DNA of 64,000 nt from IMGVR_UViG_3300014494_000005:1-64000; one strand, 5' to 3'; positions 17,942 to 27,420 are shown, counted from the stretch's first letter. The notes: a model not told the origin generated them from the sequence alone. Numbers and translations: made by a program.

Positions 17942-19312
17942 TTAATCATCGTTCATATCATATATATCATTCGTTATTATCCAATAATTTACAGCAATAC
18001 TAATAAGAAATGCAATTATATATATAATAATAATTGCAGTACTTGAAGGTTCAACAGTTAAATAATCAAATTCTTTAAATGTTCTTTTCTTAAATTGACT
18101 AAGATTTTGATTAAGATATTGATAAAGGTCATCCCAAGTTTTTTCAGTTAATACTGGATATTTTGGTGATTGAATTTTTATTGTAGTATCTTTAAATATT
18201 GGTGGTAATTGTTTTAATTTTCCTAATTTATTTCTAAACATTTTATTATTAACTGGTGGTAATTGCATTTTAATTACGCTATCTTTATAAGTATAAAGAT
18301 TTAATACTTGATGTGCTACTGCTGTAGTTAATACATTTGAATTTGCCCATGAAAATGAATGCGCCCATTGAATTTCATTTCCCTTTTTACCTATACAGAG
18401 TACAAGTTCATTTTTATTACCTTTCACCCAATAATTTTCTTGATATTCAGCAATTTTTTCTGGCTTATTTTCAAAAATAAGCACCCAAAGTCGCATTTTA
18501 TTGCTAACACCAAATTTACCGTTAAGTCTTTTAAATTTTTCTTGTGTTTCTTTATTAATATTAGTACCTAAAATTGTTGGATAATCCATACCTTGTGACA
18601 TAGAAAATAGTCCACCACCATTATATTCAGGATATTTAAATAATTTAAGACTATCTGCTTTCTTTTCACTTACAACTGATATATTAAATACAGATAAATC
18701 ACTGGCTTTAATTTTATTCACATAAGTATGTATACTTGTATATGCTTTTCTGGTATTGTCATTACCACTCCAAACTGTTTGATAATTGTATGAAACATTA
18801 CCTACACGTTTACCTTCAAATTTAGTTCCACTACAACCAGTACCTTCATCATTTGGTGCATAATTTTTATGAGAACCAACAATTGTTTTAGTAGTTCCAA
18901 ATTGTTTTACAAGTTCATCATGTAGTTTCTCAGTAATAGTAAAACTTTCATCTATATCTGTAACAGCATACCAATGAGGTGCAACATCTTCTTGATGTGA
19001 ACAATCATAATATTCTGTGCAATATGTTGTATTACCTTTACTATCACTTCCACAAGGAACTTGTCTGGAACAAGTTTCTGTTTTCCAATAATTATATGGT
19101 TCATTTTCATAAATTGCAGTAATTGTTGAACCCCAATATTCTGTGAAATGAACACTTGAATAAGAAATAATTAATTTGGATATAATTATTGCAACAAGGA
19201 CAGAACCAATTGGAATAAAAAATTCCCACCAAGTAAATTCACGTTTTTTAAAATAATAAAATATCGCAGTTACGATTATCGGAACTAATAATGCTAAATA
19301 AAGTACTGACAT
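17942..19312 (-). CDS. Membrane protein with a large extracytoplasmic domain
   Basis: 2 N-terminal and 1 C-terminal TM; Cys-containing CSRQVPCG...YCTEYYDC. Confidence 0.7.
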   Translation of the reverse strand: MSVLYLALLVPIIVTAIFYYFKKREFTWWEFFIPIGSVLVAIIISKLIISYSSVHFTEYWGSTITAIYENEPYNYWKTETCSRQVPCGSDSKGNTTYCTEYYDCSHQEDVAPHWYAVTDIDESFTITEKLHDELVKQFGTTKTIVGSHKNYAPNDEGTGCSGTKFEGKRVGNVSYNYQTVWSGNDNTRKAYTSIHTYVNKIKASDLSVFNISVVSEKKADSLKLFKYPEYNGGGLFSMSQGMDYPTILGTNINKETQEKFKRLNGKFGVSNKMRLWVLIFENKPEKIAEYQENYWVKGNKNELVLCIGKKGNEIQWAHSFSWANSNVLTTAVAHQVLNLYTYKDSVIKMQLPPVNNKMFRNKLGKLKQLPPIFKDTTIKIQSPKYPVLTEKTWDDLYQYLNQNLSQFKKRTFKEFDYLTVEPSSTAIIIIYIIAFLISIAVNYWIITNDIYDMNDD

Positions 19313-19337
19313 GATTTTATGTTTTAATTATTAATAG

Positions 19338-20174
19338 TTATTCCATATCTGGAATTAAATTATATAAAAATTCCATATCTTGAGTAAAAATTGGACATTC
19401 AGTACTTACCCAACGACTACGAATTGCTACTGCACTATTCAATTTATCTCTATCAGGTTCAATTTCAAATTCCTGTTTAATAATAAGTCTACCTCTTTTT
19501 AACTTAGGTGCATAGTCATTCCAATTAATACCCTTTTGAAATATCATTTCTTGTTGTTCGTTTGAACTTTTATTTTCCAGTTCTTTGTGACTGTAAAGAC
19601 TTTGGGCAACACTTGAAATACTATTTCTTACACAATCTTTTTGTCGCCAAACTATCATGTTAGCAACTTCAGTTTTTGAAGGAATTGTAAATACACGAGC
19701 ATCAAATTCAGCAAACTTAATTCCTTTAATTAGTATTTCACTAAATACCGCACCGTTTTGCAGTGAAGTAGGAAAGTATGAAGTATCAGGGCAAGCATTT
19801 TCAGTAACGTATCTTTTTAATCTTGCCATGTTAAATGCATTTGTTGCCATACTTGCAGCAACACTTGTCATTTTCTGTATATTACCATCAAACCAAGCAT
19901 CTGTAGCAATATCATCAAAATCAGTCAATAATATACTAATTTCATCTGACTGTACAAATGCAAATTTAGCACCTTGTATATTTTTACAAAGATAACAAGC
20001 GGTTTCATCCATATCATAAATTAAACCATCATCAAAAGGTCTTATTAATCCACGACAAAATTGTGAAAAACATCGACCATCAATACGAATTATAGTATAG
20101 GTTCTACGAGGAAGACTTATACGAGTTCTATCCTCATAATATTTTTTCATTCTATCACCAAGTGCGTCTTTCAT
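19338..20174 (-). CDS. tRNA-His guanylyltransferase (Thg1)-like 3'-5' polymerase
   Basis: IIRIDGRCFSQF, FVQSDEISILL, FDARVF, WRQKDCVRNS; likely start 20174 (MKDALGDRMK). Confidence 0.9.
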   Translation of the reverse strand: MKDALGDRMKKYYEDRTRISLPRRTYTIIRIDGRCFSQFCRGLIRPFDDGLIYDMDETACYLCKNIQGAKFAFVQSDEISILLTDFDDIATDAWFDGNIQKMTSVAASMATNAFNMARLKRYVTENACPDTSYFPTSLQNGAVFSEILIKGIKFAEFDARVFTIPSKTEVANMIVWRQKDCVRNSISSVAQSLYSHKELENKSSNEQQEMIFQKGINWNDYAPKLKRGRLIIKQEFEIEPDRDKLNSAVAIRSRWVSTECPIFTQDMEFLYNLIPDME

Positions 20175-20184
20175 TATTTTTATT

Positions 20185-21003
20185 TTATTTCCAATTCCAC
20201 AAATAGTCTCTTTTTTCATCATCTTGATGAAAGCCATCATCATATATTCTGTATTTATTAGCTTTTATTTTAGGCGAATCAATTTTTTTTAATTCTTCTA
20301 AATTATCTTCAGATACATCATCAATTTGTATATCAGATTTTTTTGATTTTAATGGTAATGCACCACCGCATTTTTTACATGCCCAATCAATTTGATATTG
20401 ATATTTACTTAAATCATATTTCCACCAATCTGGATGGTCATAAATATTAATACCGTCAACACCATTGAATAAATATGATAACATGCCAGCAACTTCACAA
20501 AAGAATGCACCTTTAGGATTTATTGTTGCTGACCATTCATTTTGAATCCAACATTTGTCAATACATTTATTAATTGTATCTTGACTTATATTATATTTAT
20601 TTTTTATTGATTCTGATGATGTTAATAATGGTGTATGTTTTGATATAAAATCACCAGTATGTTCATTAATAATAATATTATTTGTTATAAAATAATTACC
20701 AGCATATTTCATACAATCCTTATTATTTGTCCATAAACCTCTTTTATCATATGCTCTATATTTTTTAAAAAGTTCTAATATTTGTGGAAATTGTGGATGT
20801 AATAGTGGTTCACCACCCATAATACCAACAGTGCCTTGAAAATCTTTTAAGGTAATTAAAATATCTTCAATATATTTTAAATCCATAAAATATATTCTTT
20901 CTTTTGTGTAATGTCCACAAAATCTGGTACAATTACAACAAGATTTGTTGCATAAATTTGTAACATCAATTTGGATAATCCACATGTCTTTAATTTGTCT
21001 CAT
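20185..21003 (-). CDS. Radical SAM protein
   Basis: CNKSCCNC (CxxxCxxC), GGEPLLHP, C-terminal Cys cluster. Confidence 0.85.
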   Translation of the reverse strand: MRQIKDMWIIQIDVTNLCNKSCCNCTRFCGHYTKERIYFMDLKYIEDILITLKDFQGTVGIMGGEPLLHPQFPQILELFKKYRAYDKRGLWTNNKDCMKYAGNYFITNNIIINEHTGDFISKHTPLLTSSESIKNKYNISQDTINKCIDKCWIQNEWSATINPKGAFFCEVAGMLSYLFNGVDGINIYDHPDWWKYDLSKYQYQIDWACKKCGGALPLKSKKSDIQIDDVSEDNLEELKKIDSPKIKANKYRIYDDGFHQDDEKRDYLWNWK

Positions 21004-21015
21004 TTGTTTTAATAT

Positions 21016-22059
21016 TTATTCTTTATTATCAATTAAAAACTTATTTGAAATTGCTTTAAAGCTAAGTCTACCCTGATTTTTAAGTTCATGCTTTACAAAT
21101 ACTACTCCTTCTCTTTCAATTAAAGGATTTAATACACTTTTATTTTGTGCATAAGCAAGTATTTCATCAACACTATTTGGAAGTACATAATTCCAATCCA
21201 ATATGGGAACGGTTTCTAACTTAAATTGATTAACTATAATATCAACCATTTCTTCATAAGGTAAGAATTCATATTTGTCAATATCAAACATACGAAAAAA
21301 TTTAATTGTTTGACCCTTTAACTTATATCTATTCTTTTGAATACCTTCACCAATAATTTCACCTTGTAATCCAAGATTTCTTCCAAGTTCACCAAGTTTT
21401 TTTTCAAGATAATTTTGTCTTGCGAATTTCCAAAATGAATTAGTTGAACTTTCATAAAATTCATAATTTCTACTACAAACACCAAATTCACCATTTTTCC
21501 AATAAAACGAACCACTGCTACCATCAAGTTTTTCTGTCGTTATAAACATCTGACCAACATATTCTATTGGTATATGCGGAAGTATTTGAATACGGTCTTC
21601 ATCAGTTATTATCATAAATGAAGGAAATCCACCCTTTGCATCACCTGCAAGTTCAGCAGGAATTGGTGCTTCATATTTAGTGATACCAAGTTCTTCAGTA
21701 ACATCAAGACCTATAGGACTAATAGCATTTTCATGTAATATAAGTTCCGATTTATCCAATTCATTAATATGCCATTGAAGTTCAATAGGAAGAATATCCA
21801 ATGGAAAACAAATGCCCTGCGAAATCTGTCCACGAAATTTACAGGTTCTAATACGAAATTTGTCTTTTCTTAAAAATTCAAATTCTGAACGTTCAGATAA
21901 TAATGAATCTATTTCACAATAAACACATAATTCTCCTACATGAAATTCATCTTTCTTTACAACTACTTTCCAACCCAATACTTGTGCAACTTCAATTGCA
22001 TCAGCATCTGGAATTGGATTGATGGATAATATTTTTTGTATTGTTGCTAATTTTCTCAT
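21016..22059 (-). CDS. RNA ligase, Rnl2/DRB0094 family
   Basis: N-terminal RKLATIQKI..PIPDADAIE, motif I TEKLDGSS, LQGEIIG, REGVVF, FKAISNKFL. Confidence 0.9.
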   Translation of the reverse strand: MRKLATIQKILSINPIPDADAIEVAQVLGWKVVVKKDEFHVGELCVYCEIDSLLSERSEFEFLRKDKFRIRTCKFRGQISQGICFPLDILPIELQWHINELDKSELILHENAISPIGLDVTEELGITKYEAPIPAELAGDAKGGFPSFMIITDEDRIQILPHIPIEYVGQMFITTEKLDGSSGSFYWKNGEFGVCSRNYEFYESSTNSFWKFARQNYLEKKLGELGRNLGLQGEIIGEGIQKNRYKLKGQTIKFFRMFDIDKYEFLPYEEMVDIIVNQFKLETVPILDWNYVLPNSVDEILAYAQNKSVLNPLIEREGVVFVKHELKNQGRLSFKAISNKFLIDNKE

Positions 22060-22070
22060 AATTTTTATTT

Positions 22071-22200
22071 AAAACCAGTTCATTTATCTACTGGCAAAGT
22101 TAGGTTTAGTCGATAACTTTCCTTTATGTGGAGAACGTTTTTATTTTTTCCAGAGGCATATTATTCCACCCATCCATTGGCTTTGCCTAATTCCAACTCG
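22071..22200 (-). ncRNA. Structured leader between the tRNA-like RNA and the RNA ligase
   Basis: Pairings GGCAAAG/CTTTGCC, GTGGA/TCCAC, AAAGTTA/TAACTTT, and a CCAGT/ACTGG hairpin followed by TTTT. Confidence 0.4.
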
Positions 22201-22206
22201 TCTTCG

Positions 22207-22312
22207 AGCGCAGAATGAGATTCGAACTCATACTATGGGCAATTAATTCAAGTGCACTTTTGCCGAGACCATACATTTGTATATGTGCCTTACCAATTGA
22301 GACTATCTACGC
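22207..22312 (-). tRNA. Non-canonical tRNA-like RNA (tRNA-Gly-like body, aberrant anticodon arm, 38-nt extra arm)
   Basis: Acceptor GCGTAGA/TCTGCGC + U73, D arm GTCT-CAATTGGTA-AGGC, T arm ATGAG-TTCGAAT-CTCAT; anticodon stem CATAT/GTATG with a 6-nt loop; no encoded CCA. Confidence 0.65.
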
Positions 22313-22336
22313 TTATGGGATTGCTCCCACAAATAT

Positions 22337-22912
22337 TTACTTTTTAAATAAATCAACATTATCTTCTTTACCGGATTTATATGCATTTTCAGTCACTTCG
22401 GAAGTAATTATTGTAATACCTTCTTTAAGAACTTTACCATTAGCATCTGCTAAATAACCTATATTATGACGACTACCAATAACAATACTGTTTGGAAATG
22501 TCTGGCACATAGTTTTATGTTGACGGTCAATATCAATAAGTTTTTCCTGTTCAACAAAGAAACCATTTCGTTCACCTTCAATAGCTGCCATCAATTTATC
22601 ATACAATTTTGTATCAAAATTTGGATTACTTTCTGTTATCCATTTCATTAATGAACCATCATTTTTTGAATAACGACCTGCAATAAGGTCAGGATAAATT
22701 TTTGCAAATGCATCTTTATACTGGTCAGCAACTTGTGCATCCTGATGAATAATTTTCCACATTTTATCAAAGAATGCAGCACATACTTTTTGCTGTGCAT
22801 CACCTGTTTGGTGAGTGCGTATTTCTGAGTTACTTACACTAACCACCCAGAGAAAGGCGAATAATGCGAATATTGCACATACTCCAATTCCAATAAATAA
22901 ATTTTTTTTCAT
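22337..22912 (-). CDS. LemA-like membrane-anchored protein
   Basis: N-terminal TM then helical domain ending FPNSIVIG. Confidence 0.5.
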   Translation of the reverse strand: MKKNLFIGIGVCAIFALFAFLWVVSVSNSEIRTHQTGDAQQKVCAAFFDKMWKIIHQDAQVADQYKDAFAKIYPDLIAGRYSKNDGSLMKWITESNPNFDTKLYDKLMAAIEGERNGFFVEQEKLIDIDRQHKTMCQTFPNSIVIGSRHNIGYLADANGKVLKEGITIITSEVTENAYKSGKEDNVDLFKK

Positions 22913-22955
22913 AATTTTTGTTTTAAATTAATAAAAATTTTAATTTTAAAATAAA

Positions 22956-22986
22956 TAATACGAGCAAAGATACAAAATTGTTACAA
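22956..22986 (-). promoter_or_regulatory. TTGTAAC-N17-CGTATTA motif containing the Bacteroidota -7 element TATCTTTG
   Basis: Directly visible upstream of ORF 22337-22912. Confidence 0.55.
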
Positions 22987-23379
22987 TAATTCAGACAAAT
23001 ATTTAATAGAAATTTCACTTTGTTCAATTTCTTTTTTAATGTATGTTTCTATTATATCTTTTTTTTCTTTATCTTCTTCTTTAAAATATAATTTAAGCAT
23101 ATTCACCAAATTATTTAGTGGACTAAGTTTGTTTCTAATATCAGCACAAATAACACCCGCTTCAATTAAATCATATTTTATTAATTCATAATCATCTAAG
23201 TTAATTTCTTTTGGAAGTGGTGAGTGTTCTTCATAATATTTTTTTAATAAATCCATTGTTGCTGTAATATTCATTAGAACTGGAAGTATACATGTAAATA
23301 TCATATTTATACCACCAATATTGCTGATTTCAACAAATTCTTTTGGTTCTTTTTTAGTTCTAAGTGCTTTGATTTTCAT
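22981..23379 (-). CDS. Hypothetical protein
   Basis: 132-aa ORF. Confidence 0.6.
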   Translation of the reverse strand: MKIKALRTKKEPKEFVEISNIGGINMIFTCILPVLMNITATMDLLKKYYEEHSPLPKEINLDDYELIKYDLIEAGVICADIRNKLSPLNNLVNMLKLYFKEEDKEKKDIIETYIKKEIEQSEISIKYLSELL

Positions 23380-23702
23380 ATTGAAATTATTTTAGTTTTA
23401 CCTCTTTTTCTTAAAATTGGCATTATTGTATTTGCAAAAGAACTTCTAATTATTGTTACAATATATGCATAAACATTATCACTTCTATCTGGATTAAAAT
23501 TTAATACATGTTTACAACATGCATCATATGCATTAGTTTCACAAAGAATCTTATTGATTTCAATCATTATTGAATATCTTTTTTCAATTTCTTGATTAAT
23601 TATTTCAAAAAACATATCTTTAATTTCAAGTGTAAGTTCATTTAATTCTTTACAAAGAATTATTTCTTTTAATAATTGTTCTTTAAATTCTTTTGTTATC
23701 AT
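23376..23702 (-). CDS. Short T4 gp55-like (late sigma) domain protein
   Basis: CCKHVLNFNPDRSDNVYAYIVTIIRSSF resembles the gp55 region NFDPEKSxNPFAYFTQIIxxAF (recalled consensus). Confidence 0.5.
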   Translation of the reverse strand: MITKEFKEQLLKEIILCKELNELTLEIKDMFFEIINQEIEKRYSIMIEINKILCETNAYDACCKHVLNFNPDRSDNVYAYIVTIIRSSFANTIMPILRKRGKTKIISI

Positions 23703-23989
23703 TTTATTTCTTCCCCTTTTTGTCTAAAAGTTTTACCTTCTTGTCGTAATTTTTTCTTTAATTCTTCTCTTAATTTTAATCCAATTTCTTCTGCAGCAAA
23801 TTTAGCGTTTACAGAATGAGAAATATCAATTCCATTATATATTGCACCGTTTATATAAGCAATGCCTCGATAAACATTTTGAAACTGTTTTAATGGAAAT
23901 TCATTTGGTATTAATTCAACTTCAACCAATAAATTTTCTTCGTGTTTATTTGTAGTATATATTAATTTATACTTGCCTTTCATTATCAT
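23699..23989 (-). CDS. Hypothetical protein
   Basis: 96-aa ORF. Confidence 0.55.
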   Translation of the reverse strand: MIMKGKYKLIYTTNKHEENLLVEVELIPNEFPLKQFQNVYRGIAYINGAIYNGIDISHSVNAKFAAEEIGLKLREELKKKLRQEGKTFRQKGEEIK

Positions 23990-23990
23990 A

Positions 23991-25118
23991 TTAAATGTCT
24001 TCTCTAATACGCATTGCTACTGGAAATCTTGGTACATTATTTTTTGTAGTCAATCCTTGATATTTAACTGTAAGCATTTTTCCAACAATTAATTCTGGAT
24101 TTTCAGCATATTTAATTAAATTATCCATATTACCAATCATTTTTGCTGCAAATTGAGTACCATTTTCAGTTTCACAAACAAATACTGCTTTTCCTGCCAT
24201 TCTACCTTTATTTCCAACCTTAACATCAACTACTTTATATTCAGAATCTTGAAATTCTTTCACCTTTTGTAAATCATATGAACGTTTATTTACATATAAT
24301 CCATCCATATTTCTTACCATACAACCTTCATAACCTTCTGCAAGGAAATGTTCAAATGCTTCCATAAGTTCATCTTCATTATTAACTACTATTGTTTCAA
24401 CAATATGAACTGCAGTATTTTCAAAAAATGGCTTAAGTGATTGTAAAAGAGTATTACGTTCACCATTAGATAGATTGGGAAGTGCAATGTCATAAATATG
24501 ATATTGAACAATTTCACAACCTTCTTTTGGTTTTTCTTGCCTGATAAATGAAGTTAATTCTTCAAATCTATTATGATATTGATGATTATAAAGTTCGCCA
24601 TCAAATCTATCACTAAGTCCACATTTTTCAAGTATTTTAATAATATGTGGCATACTTGTTATTTGTTTTCTGGTTCTTGACCAAAGAGTTACAGCACCAT
24701 CATCATATTGCGAAGTTGCTCTACACCCGTCCAATTTAGGTTGACAAAGTGCAGAATATTTTATTTTATGTCCTTGTTCACTGAATTTATGTGCAAGCAT
24801 TGGAGCAATACCACCTTCAATAATATCATCAGTTTTACCTGCTTGTGCATCTTCAATATTTTGAACGTAACCTTTTTTTAATTGTTTTTCCCAATCAGAT
24901 TTAGCTTGAGTTTCAGCTTGTTGTATTGGAGTAGTTTCATTTGACCTGCCAATATTTTTACCTCTAATTACTTGTTCTTTGCTTTCTTGAATTTTACCAC
25001 CAACTTGACCATAATTACTTATAATTGTAGGTATATTTTCAATTTCATTAACACTAACTTGCCATTCTTGAATAGCACCAGTACTGGTTTTTTTAAATAA
25101 TTTTGGAAATTCTTTCAT
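23991..25118 (-). CDS. ATP-dependent DNA ligase (phage type)
   Basis: PMLAH, QPKLDGCR, FDGELY, YEGCMVR, KRSYDLQKVK, TVKYQG..PRFP. Confidence 0.92.
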   Translation of the reverse strand: MKEFPKLFKKTSTGAIQEWQVSVNEIENIPTIISNYGQVGGKIQESKEQVIRGKNIGRSNETTPIQQAETQAKSDWEKQLKKGYVQNIEDAQAGKTDDIIEGGIAPMLAHKFSEQGHKIKYSALCQPKLDGCRATSQYDDGAVTLWSRTRKQITSMPHIIKILEKCGLSDRFDGELYNHQYHNRFEELTSFIRQEKPKEGCEIVQYHIYDIALPNLSNGERNTLLQSLKPFFENTAVHIVETIVVNNEDELMEAFEHFLAEGYEGCMVRNMDGLYVNKRSYDLQKVKEFQDSEYKVVDVKVGNKGRMAGKAVFVCETENGTQFAAKMIGNMDNLIKYAENPELIVGKMLTVKYQGLTTKNNVPRFPVAMRIREDI

Positions 25119-25149
25119 TGTTAAAATTTTTATTTAATATATTTAAATT

Positions 25150-25902
25150 TCATTTTTCTTTTTGAATATATTCTTGAAAACATTGATAAAACATATTTGG
25201 TAATATGGCATGGTTTACAAAACCATAAAGTCCGCAGGAGAAGAATGTGTGAATTTCGATTATGAAAGTACCATCTTTATCATTAACACCAACATCCAAT
25301 GTATATGCAATTGGTGCTGATTTATATTTCTTAATCATACTTCTAATTTTATTTATATTAGGAAATTTAGTAAATTCACCACAATAATTTTGCAACCCAA
25401 CTAATTTATTTTGATATACAAAAGCACGCCATTCACTATCAATATTAATATATTTAGAAATTTGATAATTACCTTCAGGTAATGGTTTAAATTCTTTATT
25501 TGTATTAATAATAGCTGAATATCCTTTTATTTTGTCATTACTTTTAACAAAATATTCACCGTCAAAACCATCTAATGATGATTGATTACCATTAAAAATA
25601 ATTCTTTCTGTATAACAAAATAATTCTTCTGGAACATTTATTGGCTTTGGAGTAAGATTGTAAAAATGTTGCAAAAATGCTGTTACAAATTCTACACTAC
25701 CTATGGGTACATATGTAAAATGCATTGGTTTAAATATTGAAGGGTCAATAGTTTCTACATTACAATCAGTATTAAGAAATTTGACTTTAATATTATCTTT
25801 TTCTAAATGAAGTAACCAATTCTTGAATCTAATTGATTCAAGTAGAGTAAATGAGAAATCGTGAGTAACATTTCCGTTACATTTTTGAATAAGAAATTTC
25901 AT
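25150..25902 (-). CDS. ATP-grasp domain protein (DUF4343/R2K-like)
   Basis: PIGSVEFV, YFVKS, SEWRAFV, YTLDVGV, IIEIH..FSCGLYG. Confidence 0.7.
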   Translation of the reverse strand: MKFLIQKCNGNVTHDFSFTLLESIRFKNWLLHLEKDNIKVKFLNTDCNVETIDPSIFKPMHFTYVPIGSVEFVTAFLQHFYNLTPKPINVPEELFCYTERIIFNGNQSSLDGFDGEYFVKSNDKIKGYSAIINTNKEFKPLPEGNYQISKYINIDSEWRAFVYQNKLVGLQNYCGEFTKFPNINKIRSMIKKYKSAPIAYTLDVGVNDKDGTFIIEIHTFFSCGLYGFVNHAILPNMFYQCFQEYIQKEK

Positions 25903-25907
25903 TATTT

Positions 25908-26219
25908 TTATTTTTTAGGTGCATAATTTTTATCAAGCCAATATACTATAGGTGCAAGGTCTTCATCATCATGATACATATCTTTCACATATTCTTTGCG
26001 AGTTTCTATCCATTCATCGATTCCATACCACCAACCTTCTGGTAAGAATTTTTCTGCTGCAGCAACTGCTTCAAATTTATTTTTAAAAATAAATGTTTCT
26101 TCACACATTAATATAGTAATACCTATTGGTTTAAAACCAGCATCACAAATTTCTTTTAATAGTTCACTATTTGGAGTACCATAAGAACCATGTCCTAAGT
26201 ATGTTGAATGTGGTGACAT
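25908..26219 (-). CDS. Hypothetical protein
   Basis: 103-aa ORF. Confidence 0.6.
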   Translation of the reverse strand: MSPHSTYLGHGSYGTPNSELLKEICDAGFKPIGITILMCEETFIFKNKFEAVAAAEKFLPEGWWYGIDEWIETRKEYVKDMYHDDEDLAPIVYWLDKNYAPKK

Positions 26220-26262
26220 TTTTTATTTTAAATTATTGCCAAATATATAAAATAAATTCGAA

Positions 26263-27420
26263 TTAATCAATACCTTTATCAGAATAACTTGAAAATTGTT
26301 TGGGAATACCAATGCATGAACCAATTGCTGTTGCATCTACAGTAATTAATTTACCACCACCAATACCAGTAACTGGAACTTTATCTGGAACTTGGTCAAG
26401 ACAAGTAACTACAACATTTTTTCGAGATTTTGGATTATTATAATTGTCACAATCAAATGCATATCTTAATAATCCAATATCAAGTATTGATTTTCTGAAT
26501 ACACCTTGCCATCCATCATTTACGTTGGTTTCTAATGGATTATCCTTAATATAACTAATGTCCATGCCTTCATTTGTCATCGGACCATTTCCATGACGAG
26601 TCTGATATGCACGTGTTATATAGTATGTATCGACATTTCTTTCATTAATTGTAATTCCAAGTTTGTTTATGATTTCAATTGCATTTTTGCTTGTTGTATT
26701 GCTTCGTGTAACATGTGGAAAAAATCCATAATCCATATCAAGCATGATGCCTTGACCACCTTCAAAAATTAAGTCAAAATAATCAGTAGGTATTGATGAA
26801 CCAAGTAAGTATATATCATATATTGTATTTACAATATCAAATCTACTTACAAGGTCATCACATGCTAATTTAAAATCATCAATTATTTTTTGAGTTTTGG
26901 AATTGGCAAGACTAATATATTCATAATATTTTTCTTGTAAAAGTTTGAGTTTAATATCACGAATTTTTGGATATTGTAAATCTCTGGCATATAAATGAAA
27001 AAAATCTTCATTTCTTTTAATTGTTGTACCAAAACCAACGCCAACAGTACCATGAAGATTAAGACTATCAAGTTTAATATTTTTCAAAATATCAAAAGGT
27101 GTTGTTATCATTGCATTTGCATTAATAAATAATTGAGGATGAATTTCCATTTTTCTCAATGCATTGCCTTCTTTTAGTATTCCCACAGGATTTACAGTAC
27201 AATATTCTGACCAATATGTTGGTGCGCCTAATAGTGTACCCGAACCAAAATTTGAGAATACATGTCTTTTATCATCAATAACTACTGTATGTCCGCATTG
27301 ATGCCCGCCATTGAATCTTATAACTAATGGATTATTGGATTTACTACAAAGATAATTTACAAATGCACCCTTGCCTTCATCTCCAAACAAAAATCCTAAA
27401 CAAATTGATATTGAATTCAT
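26263..27420 (-). CDS. purA: Adenylosuccinate synthetase-like protein
   Basis: GFLFGDEGKG, RFNGGHQCGHTV, GTVGVGFG, FEGGQGIMLD..YG.FPHVTRSNT, RAYQTRHGNGP. Confidence 0.85.
   Translation of the reverse strand: MNSISICLGFLFGDEGKGAFVNYLCSKSNNPLVIRFNGGHQCGHTVVIDDKRHVFSNFGSGTLLGAPTYWSEYCTVNPVGILKEGNALRKMEIHPQLFINANAMITTPFDILKNIKLDSLNLHGTVGVGFGTTIKRNEDFFHLYARDLQYPKIRDIKLKLLQEKYYEYISLANSKTQKIIDDFKLACDDLVSRFDIVNTIYDIYLLGSSIPTDYFDLIFEGGQGIMLDMDYGFFPHVTRSNTTSKNAIEIINKLGITINERNVDTYYITRAYQTRHGNGPMTNEGMDISYIKDNPLETNVNDGWQGVFRKSILDIGLLRYAFDCDNYNNPKSRKNVVVTCLDQVPDKVPVTGIGGGKLITVDATAIGSCIGIPKQFSSYSDKGID

Noticed and set aside
22071-22200. c-di-GMP-I riboswitch
   Set aside because: GCAAAGCC and CTAAACC words occur, but their order and spacing do not fit the P1-P2-P3 architecture as I recall it.
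22207-22312. Canonical decoding tRNA
   Set aside because: It has a 6-nt anticodon loop without U33 and a 38-nt extra arm, so no anticodon can be assigned. It is reported as tRNA-like instead.
26263-27420. PurZ (2-aminoadenine / Z-genome pathway)
   Set aside because: The P-loop reads GDEGKG with the PurA Asp, not the PurZ-type GSTGKG, and no DatZ/MazZ partner is recognisable next to it.
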